From an uncultured Bacilli bacterium (lineage in GTDB: Bacteria > Bacillota_I > Bacilli_A > RF39 > UBA660): DNA of 47,277 nt. Position numbers and translations under genes: made by a program. The notes below the pieces were generated by a model. The model searched no databases, was not told where the DNA came from, and saw only the letters and a list, made by a program, of their open reading frames with translations. The stretch is taken from the NCBI GenBank assembly GCA_944372215.1, contig CALVYL010000003.1, positions 1 through 47,277 of the forward strand, written 5' to 3'. Shown here piece after piece: positions 27,385-37,491 of this stretch; position 1 is the stretch's first letter; every line of letters starts with the position of its first letter.

Positions 27385-28464
27385 ATGGAACCAATAAAAG
27401 TTAAAAAATTACCTATCGATTATACTTTGGATAAAGAATTAATAAAGTTAATTTCTGAAGCTAATTTAAAGTATGGAGAATATAAGTCAAATTTAAAAAA
27501 TAGTAAATTTGATTCGCGGTTTTTCTTAGATTCTATAATTCTTAGCGAAAGTTTAAAATCAACTCAAATTGAAGGTACACAAATTTCTCAAGATGATATG
27601 TATTATTTAAAATATATGCCAAAAACTGATGATAATTTAGAAATTCAAAATTTAAAAAAAGTAATAGAATATTCAAAAGAATATTTAAGTGAAAAGAATA
27701 AGATTAATATATCTTTTGTTAATAATATCCATAAAATACTTTTAAATAGTGTACGAGGAAATGAAAAAGAACCTGGAAAAATTAGGGACAATCAAAATTG
27801 GATAGGACCTAAGGGATGTAGTATCAAAGAAGCTATTTTTATTCCTCCAGTTCCTGAAGAGGTTCCAATTTTATTGGATAATTTATTTATATATATGAAT
27901 AATGCTTTTATTGATCCAATCTTTATAAACTTAGCAATTTCTCATTCGCAATTTGAAACAATTCATCCATATCGTGATGGCAATGGTCGATTAGGAAGAG
28001 CTTTAATCCCTATTCAATTAGCTTTACTTACTGAAGATGAACCTCTATTATTTCTATCAGAAATAATAGAATTATATAAACCAACATATTATAAACTTTT
28101 AAATGAAAGTAGAAAAGGTAATATTGCTGGTTTTATAAAATTCTTCTTACAATGTATAATTGATCAATGTAATAACTATATTGCTAAAATAAATAGGATT
28201 ACACAAATATATAACGAAGATATGAAAAAGATAGAAACATTAAATAGCAAAGCAATATATAAAATAATGCCTATAATAATACGGCAGATAGTTTTTACTA
28301 AAAAGGAAATTGAAAAAGAATCTGGAGTTTCCAGAAATACACTTACAAAATTATTAAAAAAATTAGTTGAATTAAATATCCTAGTTCCCGATAGTAATTA
28401 TACAAAATTAGGATATAGGTATAATGAAATATATAATGTTTTCGTTGGTAAAGGAATTTTTTAA
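27385..28464 (+). CDS. Fic-domain protein (class II) with a C-terminal wHTH
   Basis: HPYRDGNGRLGR catalytic motif; STQIEG inhibitory motif; KEIEKESGVSRNTLTKLLKKL HTH. Confidence 0.92.
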   Translation: MEPIKVKKLPIDYTLDKELIKLISEANLKYGEYKSNLKNSKFDSRFFLDSIILSESLKSTQIEGTQISQDDMYYLKYMPKTDDNLEIQNLKKVIEYSKEYLSEKNKINISFVNNIHKILLNSVRGNEKEPGKIRDNQNWIGPKGCSIKEAIFIPPVPEEVPILLDNLFIYMNNAFIDPIFINLAISHSQFETIHPYRDGNGRLGRALIPIQLALLTEDEPLLFLSEIIELYKPTYYKLLNESRKGNIAGFIKFFLQCIIDQCNNYIAKINRITQIYNEDMKKIETLNSKAIYKIMPIIIRQIVFTKKEIEKESGVSRNTLTKLLKKLVELNILVPDSNYTKLGYRYNEIYNVFVGKGIF

Positions 28465-28473
28465 ACATTAAAA

Positions 28474-28548
28474 AATGCACAGTCATTGTGCAAAATTTAA
28501 CTTTTTTTATTAAAAATGCACAATATTTTGAAAATATTGTGCATTTTT
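28474..28548. repeat. 75-bp direct repeat, right of the Fic gene (also a likely bidirectional terminator for fic and jag)
   Basis: 72/75 identical to 27262-27336; AAAAATGCACAATATTTT-G-AAAATATTGTGCATTTTT hairpin. Confidence 0.93.
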
Positions 28549-28555
28549 TTGTTTA

Positions 28556-29161
28556 TTATTCTGGTTTTATCACTATATGTCTGTTAGGTTCTTCCCCTTC
28601 ACTTTCAGTTTTAATACCTTTAAAATCTGTAAGTTTATTGTGAATAATTCTTCTTTCATAACTGGTCATATTATCAAGAGCTACAGGTATTTTAGTTTTA
28701 ACTACCTCTTTTGCAGTATTGATTGCTAGTCTTTCCAAATTTCTTTTGATCTTATCTTTATAATTAGATACATCTAAATTTATTTTATAATAAATTCCTG
28801 TTTCATTTTGAATTTTTTGTTTAGCTAAAGTTTCTAAAGCCTTTAAGGTTTGACCATTTTTACCTATTAATATAGGATTATTATTAGAATACATTTTAAT
28901 TGTTGTTCTATCATCTTTGGTATTTATTTCAAAAGTTACCTCTAATCCCATATTTTCAATGATTTCTTGCAAATAATTTTTTATTTCATTAATAATTGTT
29001 TCTTTTTTATAAACAGTTACCTCTTTTAAATTTCCTTGAAATAATTTTCCTTTTTTATCACAAGTGGTAAAAACAATTTCATCTTTTGTTAAATTATTTT
29101 CATTAAGAATATCTTCTAGTATTACATCTATTTCTTTACCCTCTTTAATTATTTTTTCCAT
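28556..29161 (-). CDS. jag: Jag/EloR/KhpB RNA-binding protein
   Basis: LIGKNGQTL (KH), ERRIIH (R3H), SEGEEPNR; follows yidC. Confidence 0.93.
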   Translation of the reverse strand: MEKIIKEGKEIDVILEDILNENNLTKDEIVFTTCDKKGKLFQGNLKEVTVYKKETIINEIKNYLQEIIENMGLEVTFEINTKDDRTTIKMYSNNNPILIGKNGQTLKALETLAKQKIQNETGIYYKINLDVSNYKDKIKRNLERLAINTAKEVVKTKIPVALDNMTSYERRIIHNKLTDFKGIKTESEGEEPNRHIVIKPE

Positions 29162-30203
29162 ATTTCATACCTTCTTTCTTAACTAATTTCTCTTTTATTT
29201 TTTCTCTATCTTTTTTCTTTTCTTCTTTATTTTTTTTATGTTTATTAGTTAAGGATCTATTATTTATCATATTAATAATAATATTTTGAATAGCAATAAA
29301 TGCATAAGTTACTATCCAGTAGAATGCTAAGGCTGTTGGTAAAGTAAGTGATGCATATACAACAATTACTAACATAACATATAACATTATTTTCATTTGT
29401 TTGCCAGCTTCTGGTGTTGGACTGGCAGATTGATTCATTGTTTGTCTAAATGAGAAGAATGTTGATACGGCGATTAATATTAATAAAATTATATATAAGT
29501 AATTTCCTTGTTGTAACCCTGTAATTGGAGTCATACCTAAGTCAAAGCCAAATAATGTTTCTGTATAAATTGCTGGTGTTCTATAAATCGCTTGGAGGAA
29601 GGCAAAGAACAAAGGTATTTGAATAAATGCCATTAAACATCCCATCATAGGACTTACTTTATATTTTTTATAAATAAGCATCATTTCTTGACTTTTAGCC
29701 ATTAAAGCATCATTATCTGTTCTACCACGATATTTTCTCTCTAATTTTTCTATTTCTGGTTGGGCTTTTTTCATATTTAGAGTTTGTTTAGAACTTTTAA
29801 TTGTAAATGGTAATAAAATAAGTCTAATAGCTAACCCTATTAATATTAATGATACCCCTAAATTACCAATGAGATTACCTAATTTTAATATTAAAAACGC
29901 TAGTGGTTTGACAAATAAGAATTCCCAAAGTCCACTACTTTCTGTTGCGGACATACTATAATCAGAACAACTTGGTAATTCTTCAAAATCATTAGTTAAT
30001 TGATCTTGATTTTCTTCATAAAATTTATATAAGTCACTATTTTCATCTGGTAAGCACAAAATATTTTTTTGAAGCATTTGACCTGTTGCTTCATATTCAA
30101 TAATATTTCCATCTTCATCAGTAATGTAATTTGATGTACCACAACCAGATGTTAATAATAGTAAACAAATTATTGTTAATATTTTAAATTTATTTTTTTT
30201 CAT
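29145..30203 (-). CDS. yidC: Membrane protein insertase YidC/SpoIIIJ (lipoprotein)
   Basis: Lipobox LTSGC, IRLILLP, GCLMAFIQIP, LAFYW; follows rnpA. Confidence 0.92.
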   Translation of the reverse strand: MKKNKFKILTIICLLLLTSGCGTSNYITDEDGNIIEYEATGQMLQKNILCLPDENSDLYKFYEENQDQLTNDFEELPSCSDYSMSATESSGLWEFLFVKPLAFLILKLGNLIGNLGVSLILIGLAIRLILLPFTIKSSKQTLNMKKAQPEIEKLERKYRGRTDNDALMAKSQEMMLIYKKYKVSPMMGCLMAFIQIPLFFAFLQAIYRTPAIYTETLFGFDLGMTPITGLQQGNYLYIILLILIAVSTFFSFRQTMNQSASPTPEAGKQMKIMLYVMLVIVVYASLTLPTALAFYWIVTYAFIAIQNIIINMINNRSLTNKHKKNKEEKKKDREKIKEKLVKKEGMKYGKNN

Positions 30204-30528
30204 TTTTATCCTTTCTCAAAATGTGTATTAAATCTTGTTCTAATTCTTGAAATGAGGCAAATTTTGATTCCCCTTTAATCATTATAATATAATTTTGATT
30301 ATTTTTAAATAGCAAACGATTATTATCAATAATATTTCTTAATCTTCTTTTTAGTTTATTCCGCACTACAGCATTGCCAGTTTTCTTACTAATAGCAATG
30401 CCAAAATTGGGTTTTGGATATTCTTTAGATTTGGAAAATATTATTAAATATCTACCTTTAAATTTTTGGCCTTTATTCATTATTTCATTAAAATCTTCAT
30501 GTTTTTTAACCATTTCATATCTTTTCAT
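30190..30528 (-). CDS. rnpA: Ribonuclease P protein component
   Basis: FGIAISKKTGNAVVRNKLKRRLR. Confidence 0.96.
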   Translation of the reverse strand: MKRYEMVKKHEDFNEIMNKGQKFKGRYLIIFSKSKEYPKPNFGIAISKKTGNAVVRNKLKRRLRNIIDNNRLLFKNNQNYIIMIKGESKFASFQELEQDLIHILRKDKNEKK

Positions 30529-30569
30529 AAATTCATCCCTTTAGGAAAAAAACCACATTAAAGTGGTTT

Positions 30570-30692
30570 TTACTTACATAAAACTTTACGGCCTTTTCTA
30601 CGACGATTATTTAATATTTTAGAATCTTTTCTTGCAAAAAAACCATGTTTTTTAGCTTGTTTTCTTTTATTTGGTTGATAAGTTCTTTTCAT
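30570..30692 (-). CDS. rpmH: 50S ribosomal protein L34 (40 aa; not in the ORF track)
   Basis: [40 protein letters not shown]; AAGGAG SD. Confidence 0.95.
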   Translation of the reverse strand: MKRTYQPNKRKQAKKHGFFARKDSKILNNRRRKGRKVLCK

Positions 30693-30904
30693 AATATAAT
30701 TTCTCCTTTTCTTTAAGCGTATTTATTATAATATTAAATATAAGGATAAGTCAAGAAAAAACGTACTAAAAAATACAATTAGTTCTTAAAATTTCCTAAC
30801 AATATATTAACATAAATAATAAAAAACTGCAAATATGATTGACTAAACAAACATACGTTTGTTATAATAATTTTATAAGAAAGGAGGCCTGTTTTATTAA
30901 ATAA

Positions 30905-31135
30905 CAGCAGTTATCAACAAAATTTTGTGGATTTGTGGATAAAATGTTAATAACTTAGATAATTTATCCACATAATTAACAACAAATAATCAACAATGGG
31001 TGTTGATAATATGTTAATAAGTTACTGTTAATTATTTGTTTATGGGGATTTTGTGGATAAGTGCAAATTTTGTCGATTTTTGTCGATAAAAATCACTTTA
31101 ATATTTTGTGGATAATTAATAAGTTATCAAAAGTT
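30905..31135. other. oriC, upstream DnaA-box cluster
   Basis: Perfect TTATCCACA/TGTGGATAA at 30934, 30964, 31052, 31107; TTATCAACA variants at 30911 and 31001; gene orientation flips here. Confidence 0.92.
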
Positions 31136-31226
31136 TTAAAAATTAGTAAATTTACTCTTTTATTTTTTTGAAAAATGGGTTAAAATTGTTGTTAGGAGAT
31201 AAGTGTGTTATAAGTGGGGTGAGGTT

Positions 31227-32576
31227 TTGAAGACAAATGAACTTTTTACTCAATTTTTAAATGATATTCAAGAACAAGTTACACAGAATGCTTTTACAAT
31301 CTGGTTTTCAAAACTTGAACTTTTGTCAATTGTTAATAATGTTGTAACAATTAAAGTGCCCATGGAGATACATAAACAAATGTTAAGTGAAACTTATAAA
31401 GATATTATTGATGCGACATTCTTTTCCTTAACAGGAGTTAATTATACTTTTAAATATATTACGGAAGATGAGGTAGAAACATTTACTCAACCGGCGCTGG
31501 ATGAAGCGGTTGAGAGCAAAGAAATAGAGTGGAATACTAATTTAAATCCCAAATTTACCTTTGATAATTTTATAGTAGGAAACTCCAACCGTTTGGCGTT
31601 TGTAGCAGCACGAGCTGTTGCAGAAGCTCCGGGGACAATTCATAATCCCTTATTTATTTATGGTCGGAGTGGACTAGGGAAGACGCATTTAATGCAAGCC
31701 ATAGGTAATTATATTCATGAACATAGTGATTTAAAAGTTTTATATACTACTAGTAATGAATTTATGACGGAATTTACAGGAATTGCTTCCCAAAATAAGG
31801 GTAATAATTTAAATTATGCTAATGAATTTAAGAATAAATATCGTAATGTCGATGTCCTCATTATTGATGATATTCAATTTTTAGTGGGGGCAGAGCGAAC
31901 TCAACAAGAATTTTTCCACACCTTTAATGCTTTACATCAAGATAATAAACAAATAATAATTAGTAGTGATAAAAGTCCTGATGATCTAAAAAAGATTGAA
32001 GAACGGCTTAGAAGCAGATTTATGTGGGGACTACCTGTTGATATTTATCCACCAGATTTTAATTTAAGATGTGAAATAATAAAAGCTAAAGTAAAAAATA
32101 CGAGTATTGAAAATAAATTAACACCAGATGCAATTGATTATATTGCTAATTCTTGTGTTAATGATGTTAGGCATATTGAAGGAACAATTAATCGGTTGCT
32201 CGCTTATTCAGCAATGATGGTTCCTGACAAAATAACCCTCGATTTTGCTAATGAAGCATTAAAAGATTATGTTAATACAAATATATATATAAACAATTCT
32301 ATTGCTTCAATTCAAAATGTAGTTGCCGAATATTTCAATATATCAGTAGAAGATTTAAAAAGTAAGAAAAGAACTAATAGTGTTGTTAGACCAAGACATA
32401 TTGCAATGTATTTGTGTCGCGAAGAAACAGATGAGAATTTGCAAAAAATAGGTTTAGAATTTGGAGGAAGAGATCATTCAACAGTATCGACAGCAATTGA
32501 TAAGATTAAAGAAGAATTAGAAACCAATGATAATCTTAATAATATGTTGAAAGAAATTAAAACAAAGTTGCAATAA
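31227..32576 (+). CDS. dnaA: Chromosomal replication initiator DnaA
   Basis: NPLFIYGRSGLGKTHL, IDDIQF, RLRSRF, GGRDHSTV; TTG start after GGGGTGAGG. Confidence 0.98.
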   Translation: MKTNELFTQFLNDIQEQVTQNAFTIWFSKLELLSIVNNVVTIKVPMEIHKQMLSETYKDIIDATFFSLTGVNYTFKYITEDEVETFTQPALDEAVESKEIEWNTNLNPKFTFDNFIVGNSNRLAFVAARAVAEAPGTIHNPLFIYGRSGLGKTHLMQAIGNYIHEHSDLKVLYTTSNEFMTEFTGIASQNKGNNLNYANEFKNKYRNVDVLIIDDIQFLVGAERTQQEFFHTFNALHQDNKQIIISSDKSPDDLKKIEERLRSRFMWGLPVDIYPPDFNLRCEIIKAKVKNTSIENKLTPDAIDYIANSCVNDVRHIEGTINRLLAYSAMMVPDKITLDFANEALKDYVNTNIYINNSIASIQNVVAEYFNISVEDLKSKKRTNSVVRPRHIAMYLCREETDENLQKIGLEFGGRDHSTVSTAIDKIKEELETNDNLNNMLKEIKTKLQ

Positions 32577-32700
32577 TGTGGATAATTTTAATTAAAAAAA
32601 TACGGTAAAATAAAGGAAAAAGTTGATAAAATTAAAGTTATCAACATTAATAACACTATTATTAATATAAATAAAAAATAATAAAAGAAAGAAGGAAAGA
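32577..32700. other. oriC, dnaA-dnaN intergenic part (DnaA boxes plus AT-rich unwinding region)
   Basis: TGTGGATAA 32577, TTATCAACA 32638, then an almost pure A/T tract. Confidence 0.75.
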
Positions 32701-32704
32701 AAAT

Positions 32705-33823
32705 ATGAAATGGAGTATTGAAAAAGGAGTTATCTTAGAAGCATTAAGTAATGTTACTAAGGCATTATCCCAAAGAACAACTATACCAGTTTTAAATGGC
32801 ATAGTATTTGATGTTACAGAAAAGGGTATTGAACTAATGGCAAGTGATACAGAACTTACTATTAAAGTAATGATAAATGAAAAGGATATTAAACATTTGG
32901 AAGGTAAAGGCAAAATAATTATCCAAAGTAAATATTTTATCGATATGATTAGAAAGATGCCTGCAGATGTTATTGATTTTGAAATTGAAGATAATTTGAA
33001 AATAAAAATATCTACACCAAATAATCAATATCGTTTAAATTGTTATAATCCAGCTGATTATCCAAATATTAATATGGAAAAAAGTAGTGATGCAATTCAT
33101 ATACCTGCTAATACTTTGAGAGAAATAATTAATCAAACCTCATATGCTTTATCAACTCAAGAGGTTAGACCACTTTTAACGGGTATTAATTTAAAAATAA
33201 ACGGGGATATTTTAGAATGTATTGCTACCGATTCTTATCGTTTATCAAAGAAAAATATTAAATTAGAAAATCCAGTGGAAAAACTAGTAAATATTGTTAT
33301 TCCTGGTAGGAGTATTACTGAACTTGAAAAAATAATTAGTGATGATGAAAATGTGGAAATCCATGTATTTACTAACAAAATATTATTTATTTATAAAAAT
33401 ATTAGTATTCAAAGTAATTTACTTAGTGGAACATATCCAGAAACTAGCCATTTTATCCCTAATGATTTTGCGTATATGATTAATTTAAATTTAAAAGAAT
33501 TTTATGATGCTGTTGATAGAGCAAGTATTCTTGCCCAAAATAAAGAAAGAAATATTGTAAAGATGCATATTGAAGATAAAGATATGATTATTACATCATC
33601 TTCAAGTGAATTAGGAATTGCCGAAGAAAAATTACATATTGATTGTAATAATAAAGAAAAGATTGAGATATCATTTAGTTCAAAATATATGATGGATGCC
33701 TTAAAAGTTATTAAAGAAGATAACATATTATTATTAATTAATACAGATGATAAACCAATTTTAATTAAACCAATTACTGATGAAACATTATTAGAATTAA
33801 TTCTACCAGTAAAAACATATTAA
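32705..33823 (+). CDS. dnaN: DNA polymerase III beta clamp
   Basis: IPVLNG, RPLLTGI, ATDSYRL, LILPVKTY; follows dnaA. Confidence 0.97.
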   Translation: MKWSIEKGVILEALSNVTKALSQRTTIPVLNGIVFDVTEKGIELMASDTELTIKVMINEKDIKHLEGKGKIIIQSKYFIDMIRKMPADVIDFEIEDNLKIKISTPNNQYRLNCYNPADYPNINMEKSSDAIHIPANTLREIINQTSYALSTQEVRPLLTGINLKINGDILECIATDSYRLSKKNIKLENPVEKLVNIVIPGRSITELEKIISDDENVEIHVFTNKILFIYKNISIQSNLLSGTYPETSHFIPNDFAYMINLNLKEFYDAVDRASILAQNKERNIVKMHIEDKDMIITSSSSELGIAEEKLHIDCNNKEKIEISFSSKYMMDALKVIKEDNILLLINTDDKPILIKPITDETLLELILPVKTY

Positions 33824-33913
33824 TAAGAAAAAAAGAATAAAAATTAACATTTTATTCTTTTTTTCGACATTTTTTTTAACTTTTTTATTGTACAATAGAT
33901 AACTTAAAGAGGG

Positions 33914-34348
33914 ATGTTTATGGAATACATTATAAATAATGATACTATGTTTATTAAATATGATGGAGAAAATACTGTTGTATATGAAAAGAATAATAAA
34001 TATATATACAAGGAAGATCAAATTAAAGATATTTTAAATAATAGTTGTATATATTATGGTAGTACTTTAAAGGGGCGAATTATTAGTTGTAAACAATATA
34101 TTAATAGTAATTATAAAATTCCGGTGTTAATTAGTGAAAAAAATAATATTATGTTTTTTTATATTAAAGAAAATAATAATATATATTGGTTTAATTATTT
34201 ATATATTAAAAATTATCAAAAATTAAATAATAAATTGTTAATTGTTTTTAATAATGATCAAAGTTTAATATTAAATGTTAGTTATACTATTTTTCATAAT
34301 CAAATATTAAAATGTAGTAGATTAATGATAGTTTATAGTACTAGATAG
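33914..34348 (+). CDS. ComK-family protein
   Basis: ILNNSCIYYGSTLKGRI...YKIPVLISE...FF...IYWFN matches the ComK family pattern. Confidence 0.75.
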   Translation: MFMEYIINNDTMFIKYDGENTVVYEKNNKYIYKEDQIKDILNNSCIYYGSTLKGRIISCKQYINSNYKIPVLISEKNNIMFFYIKENNNIYWFNYLYIKNYQKLNNKLLIVFNNDQSLILNVSYTIFHNQILKCSRLMIVYSTR

Positions 34349-34471
34349 TTTTTTGGCTAAAATTCTCTTATTTTACTTTTAAAAGGCTTTATTTTGTGAT
34401 ATAATTGATATGTATATAGGTATACATATCTACATTAAATTTTTTGTAGCAATCTTTAAAGGGGGCTTATA

Positions 34472-35572
34472 GTGAAAATTGATAATATTAATTTAGTTAA
34501 TTTTAGAAATTATGAAAATTTAGATATTAGTTTTGGAAATTTTTTAAATATTTTTTATGGAAAGAATGGTAGTGGTAAAACAAATTTAATTGAAGCAATC
34601 TATATTCTAGCTCTTACTAAATCATTTAGAATAAGTAATGATAAGTTATTAATTAGAAAAGGAAATATTAAAAGTAAAGTTAGGGGAGAAATTACTAAAA
34701 ATAATGAAACCTCTAAATATAGTGTAATAATTAGTGATGAAGGTAAGACTGTTGAAATAAATGATACAAAAGTAGATAAAATTAGTAATTATGTTTCAAG
34801 AATTAATATAATACTATTTAATCCTGTAGATACTAGATTAATAGATGTTACACCAAGTGAAAGAAGAAAAATGCTTAATATAGAAATTAGTCAGTTAAAT
34901 AAAGAATATTTAATTATTTTAGCTAATTATCAAAGAATTTTAAAACAAAGAAATTTTTACTTAAGAAGCCTTTATGTTAATGGTAATAATGATACAAATT
35001 ATTTAAATATTTTAACTAATAAATTAATTGAGTATGGGTTATTGATTAATAAATATCGTAAGGATTTTATTGAAAATATTAATAAATTTATAACAGAAAT
35101 ATATAATGATATTTTTAAAAGTGGTGAATTAAAAATAAAATATGTTTCTAGTTATAATAATAAAAATATGAGTAAATTATTAAAAAGTTATCAACAAAAT
35201 TATAAAAAAGAAATGGAAATTGGTAAGACTTTAATTGGAATTCATCATGACGATATTGAGTTTATACTTGATAATAATAATTTAAAAGAATGGGGTAGTG
35301 AAGGGCAAAGAAAAAATGCTATTATATCCTTTAAATTAGCGGAAATTAAAGTAATAAATGAAATTAAGAAAATAAATCCCATTTTAATATTAGATGATTT
35401 GTTTAGTGAATTAGATAAAGAAAAAATAGGTAATATATTAAAATTATTAGATGAAAATGTGCAAACATTTATAACTACTACTGAGATTAATAAAGTAGAT
35501 AAGAAAATATTAAAGAAAGCCAAAGTATTTAAAGTAGATAATGGTACAATTAAGGAGGAAAAACATGAATAA
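34472..35572 (+). CDS. recF: DNA replication/repair protein RecF
   Basis: [32 protein letters not shown]. Confidence 0.96.
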   Translation: MKIDNINLVNFRNYENLDISFGNFLNIFYGKNGSGKTNLIEAIYILALTKSFRISNDKLLIRKGNIKSKVRGEITKNNETSKYSVIISDEGKTVEINDTKVDKISNYVSRINIILFNPVDTRLIDVTPSERRKMLNIEISQLNKEYLIILANYQRILKQRNFYLRSLYVNGNNDTNYLNILTNKLIEYGLLINKYRKDFIENINKFITEIYNDIFKSGELKIKYVSSYNNKNMSKLLKSYQQNYKKEMEIGKTLIGIHHDDIEFILDNNNLKEWGSEGQRKNAIISFKLAEIKVINEIKKINPILILDDLFSELDKEKIGNILKLLDENVQTFITTTEINKVDKKILKKAKVFKVDNGTIKEEKHE

Positions 35573-37481
35573 AAAAACACATTATACTGATGCGGATATC
35601 CAGGTTTTAGAAGGTCTTGAAGCCGTTAGAAAAAGACCTGGTATGTATATTGGATCAACTGGTGAAAAAGGTTTACATCATTTAGTTTGGGAAATTGTCG
35701 ATAATGCGGTAGATGAAGCTCTAGCAGGATTTTGTGATGATATTGAGGTAATTGTTGATAAAGGAGATGTTATTGAGGTTCGTGATGATGGTCGGGGTAT
35801 CCCAACCGGAATTAATGAAAAGACAGGTTTATCAACTGTGGAAACTATATTTACAGTTTTACATGCTGGAGGTAAATTTGGTGGTGAAGGATATAAAGTA
35901 AGTGGAGGTCTTCATGGTGTTGGAGCATCGGTTGTTAATGCTTTATCGAAGTGGTTAGAGGTTAAAATTTACCGTGATGGTAATGTATATTATCAAAGAT
36001 TTGAAAAAGGTGGACATCCTGTTGAACCATTAAAAATAATTGATACTTGTGATGTTGAAAGAACAGGTAGTACAATTAGATTTGAACCAGATGAAGAAAT
36101 ATTTAAAGAAACTACGCATTTTGATTATGATACATTATATAAAAGATTACAAGAAATAGCCTTTTTAAATAAAGGTCTTAGAATTAATTTATATGATTTA
36201 AGAGAAGATGATAAACATGATACTTTCCTTTATAATGGGGGTATTATTGAATATGTTCAGATGCTTAATAAAAATAAAACTGTCTTACATGATGATGTTA
36301 TTTATTTAAGTGGTGAAGAAGATGGCGTGTTTTTTGAGGTAGCCTGTCAATATAACGACGGTTATAACTCTAATATTTATTCTTTTACTAATAATATTAA
36401 TACTTATGAAGGCGGTACTCATGAAGATGGGGTAAAACTTGCTTTAACAAGGGTTATTAATAAGTACGCTAGAAATACAAAATTACTAAAAGATAAAGAT
36501 GAGGCTTTAACTGGCGATGATGTTAGAGAAGGTCTTACTATGATTATTTCTTGTAAGCATCCAGATCCACAATTTGAAGGCCAAACAAAAACAAAATTAG
36601 GCAATAGTGAGGTTAAAAAGATTGCTAGTGATGTTTTTGGTAATGGATTTGAGAGATATTTAATGGAAAATCCTAATGTGGCCAGGATTATTATTGAAAA
36701 AGCCTTGTCAGCTTCCCGGGCTAGAATTGCCGCCAAGAAGGCTAGAGAAACAGTTAGAAGAAAAGGCGATTTGGAATTTACTGCTACTTTTGGAAAATTA
36801 ACTGATTGTAAGAGTAAAGATCCAAGTGTTTCAGAAATTTTCTTAGTCGAAGGGGATTCAGCTGGTGGTTCTGCTAAAAGTGGTAGAGATTATATGACTC
36901 AAGCAATCCTACCTTTAAGAGGTAAGATTTTAAATGTTGAAAAAGCTAGATTAGATAGAGCTTTAAGTAATGAAGAAATTAAAACAATAATTACAGCATT
37001 TGGTACAGGTATTGGTGATGAATTTGATTTATCAAAACTAAGATATGACAAAATTATTATTATGACCGATGCCGATGTCGATGGTTCTCATATTAGAGTG
37101 TTATTACTTACGCTTTTCTATCGTTTCTTTAGACCAATTGTTGAAGCTGGGCATGTATATGCGGCCATGCCACCATTATTTAAAATTACGCATGGAAAAA
37201 CGATTAAATATGTAATTGATGAAAAAGAAAAAGATGAATATTTAGCAAGTTTACCAGCTAATGTCAAGGTAGAAATTGCCCGTAATAAGGGGCTTGGCGA
37301 AATGGATCCTGATGAACTTAGAGATACTACAATGTCTAAGACTACTAGAACTTTAAAACAAATAACAGTTGATGACTTACAAGCTGCTGATGCGGCATTT
37401 GAAAAATTAATGGGTGAAGCGGTAGAACCAAGAAGAGAATTCATTGAACAAAAAGCTGGTTTAGCAACACTTGATTTATAG
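35565..37481 (+). CDS. gyrB: DNA gyrase subunit B
   Basis: [40 protein letters not shown]. Confidence 0.97.
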   Translation: MNKKTHYTDADIQVLEGLEAVRKRPGMYIGSTGEKGLHHLVWEIVDNAVDEALAGFCDDIEVIVDKGDVIEVRDDGRGIPTGINEKTGLSTVETIFTVLHAGGKFGGEGYKVSGGLHGVGASVVNALSKWLEVKIYRDGNVYYQRFEKGGHPVEPLKIIDTCDVERTGSTIRFEPDEEIFKETTHFDYDTLYKRLQEIAFLNKGLRINLYDLREDDKHDTFLYNGGIIEYVQMLNKNKTVLHDDVIYLSGEEDGVFFEVACQYNDGYNSNIYSFTNNINTYEGGTHEDGVKLALTRVINKYARNTKLLKDKDEALTGDDVREGLTMIISCKHPDPQFEGQTKTKLGNSEVKKIASDVFGNGFERYLMENPNVARIIIEKALSASRARIAAKKARETVRRKGDLEFTATFGKLTDCKSKDPSVSEIFLVEGDSAGGSAKSGRDYMTQAILPLRGKILNVEKARLDRALSNEEIKTIITAFGTGIGDEFDLSKLRYDKIIIMTDADVDGSHIRVLLLTLFYRFFRPIVEAGHVYAAMPPLFKITHGKTIKYVIDEKEKDEYLASLPANVKVEIARNKGLGEMDPDELRDTTMSKTTRTLKQITVDDLQAADAAFEKLMGEAVEPRREFIEQKAGLATLDL

Positions 37482-37491
37482 GGAGGTTAAA

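Noticed and set aside
27262-28548. Insertion sequence or transposon
   Set aside because: The repeats are direct rather than terminal inverted, and the enclosed gene is Fic, not a transposase
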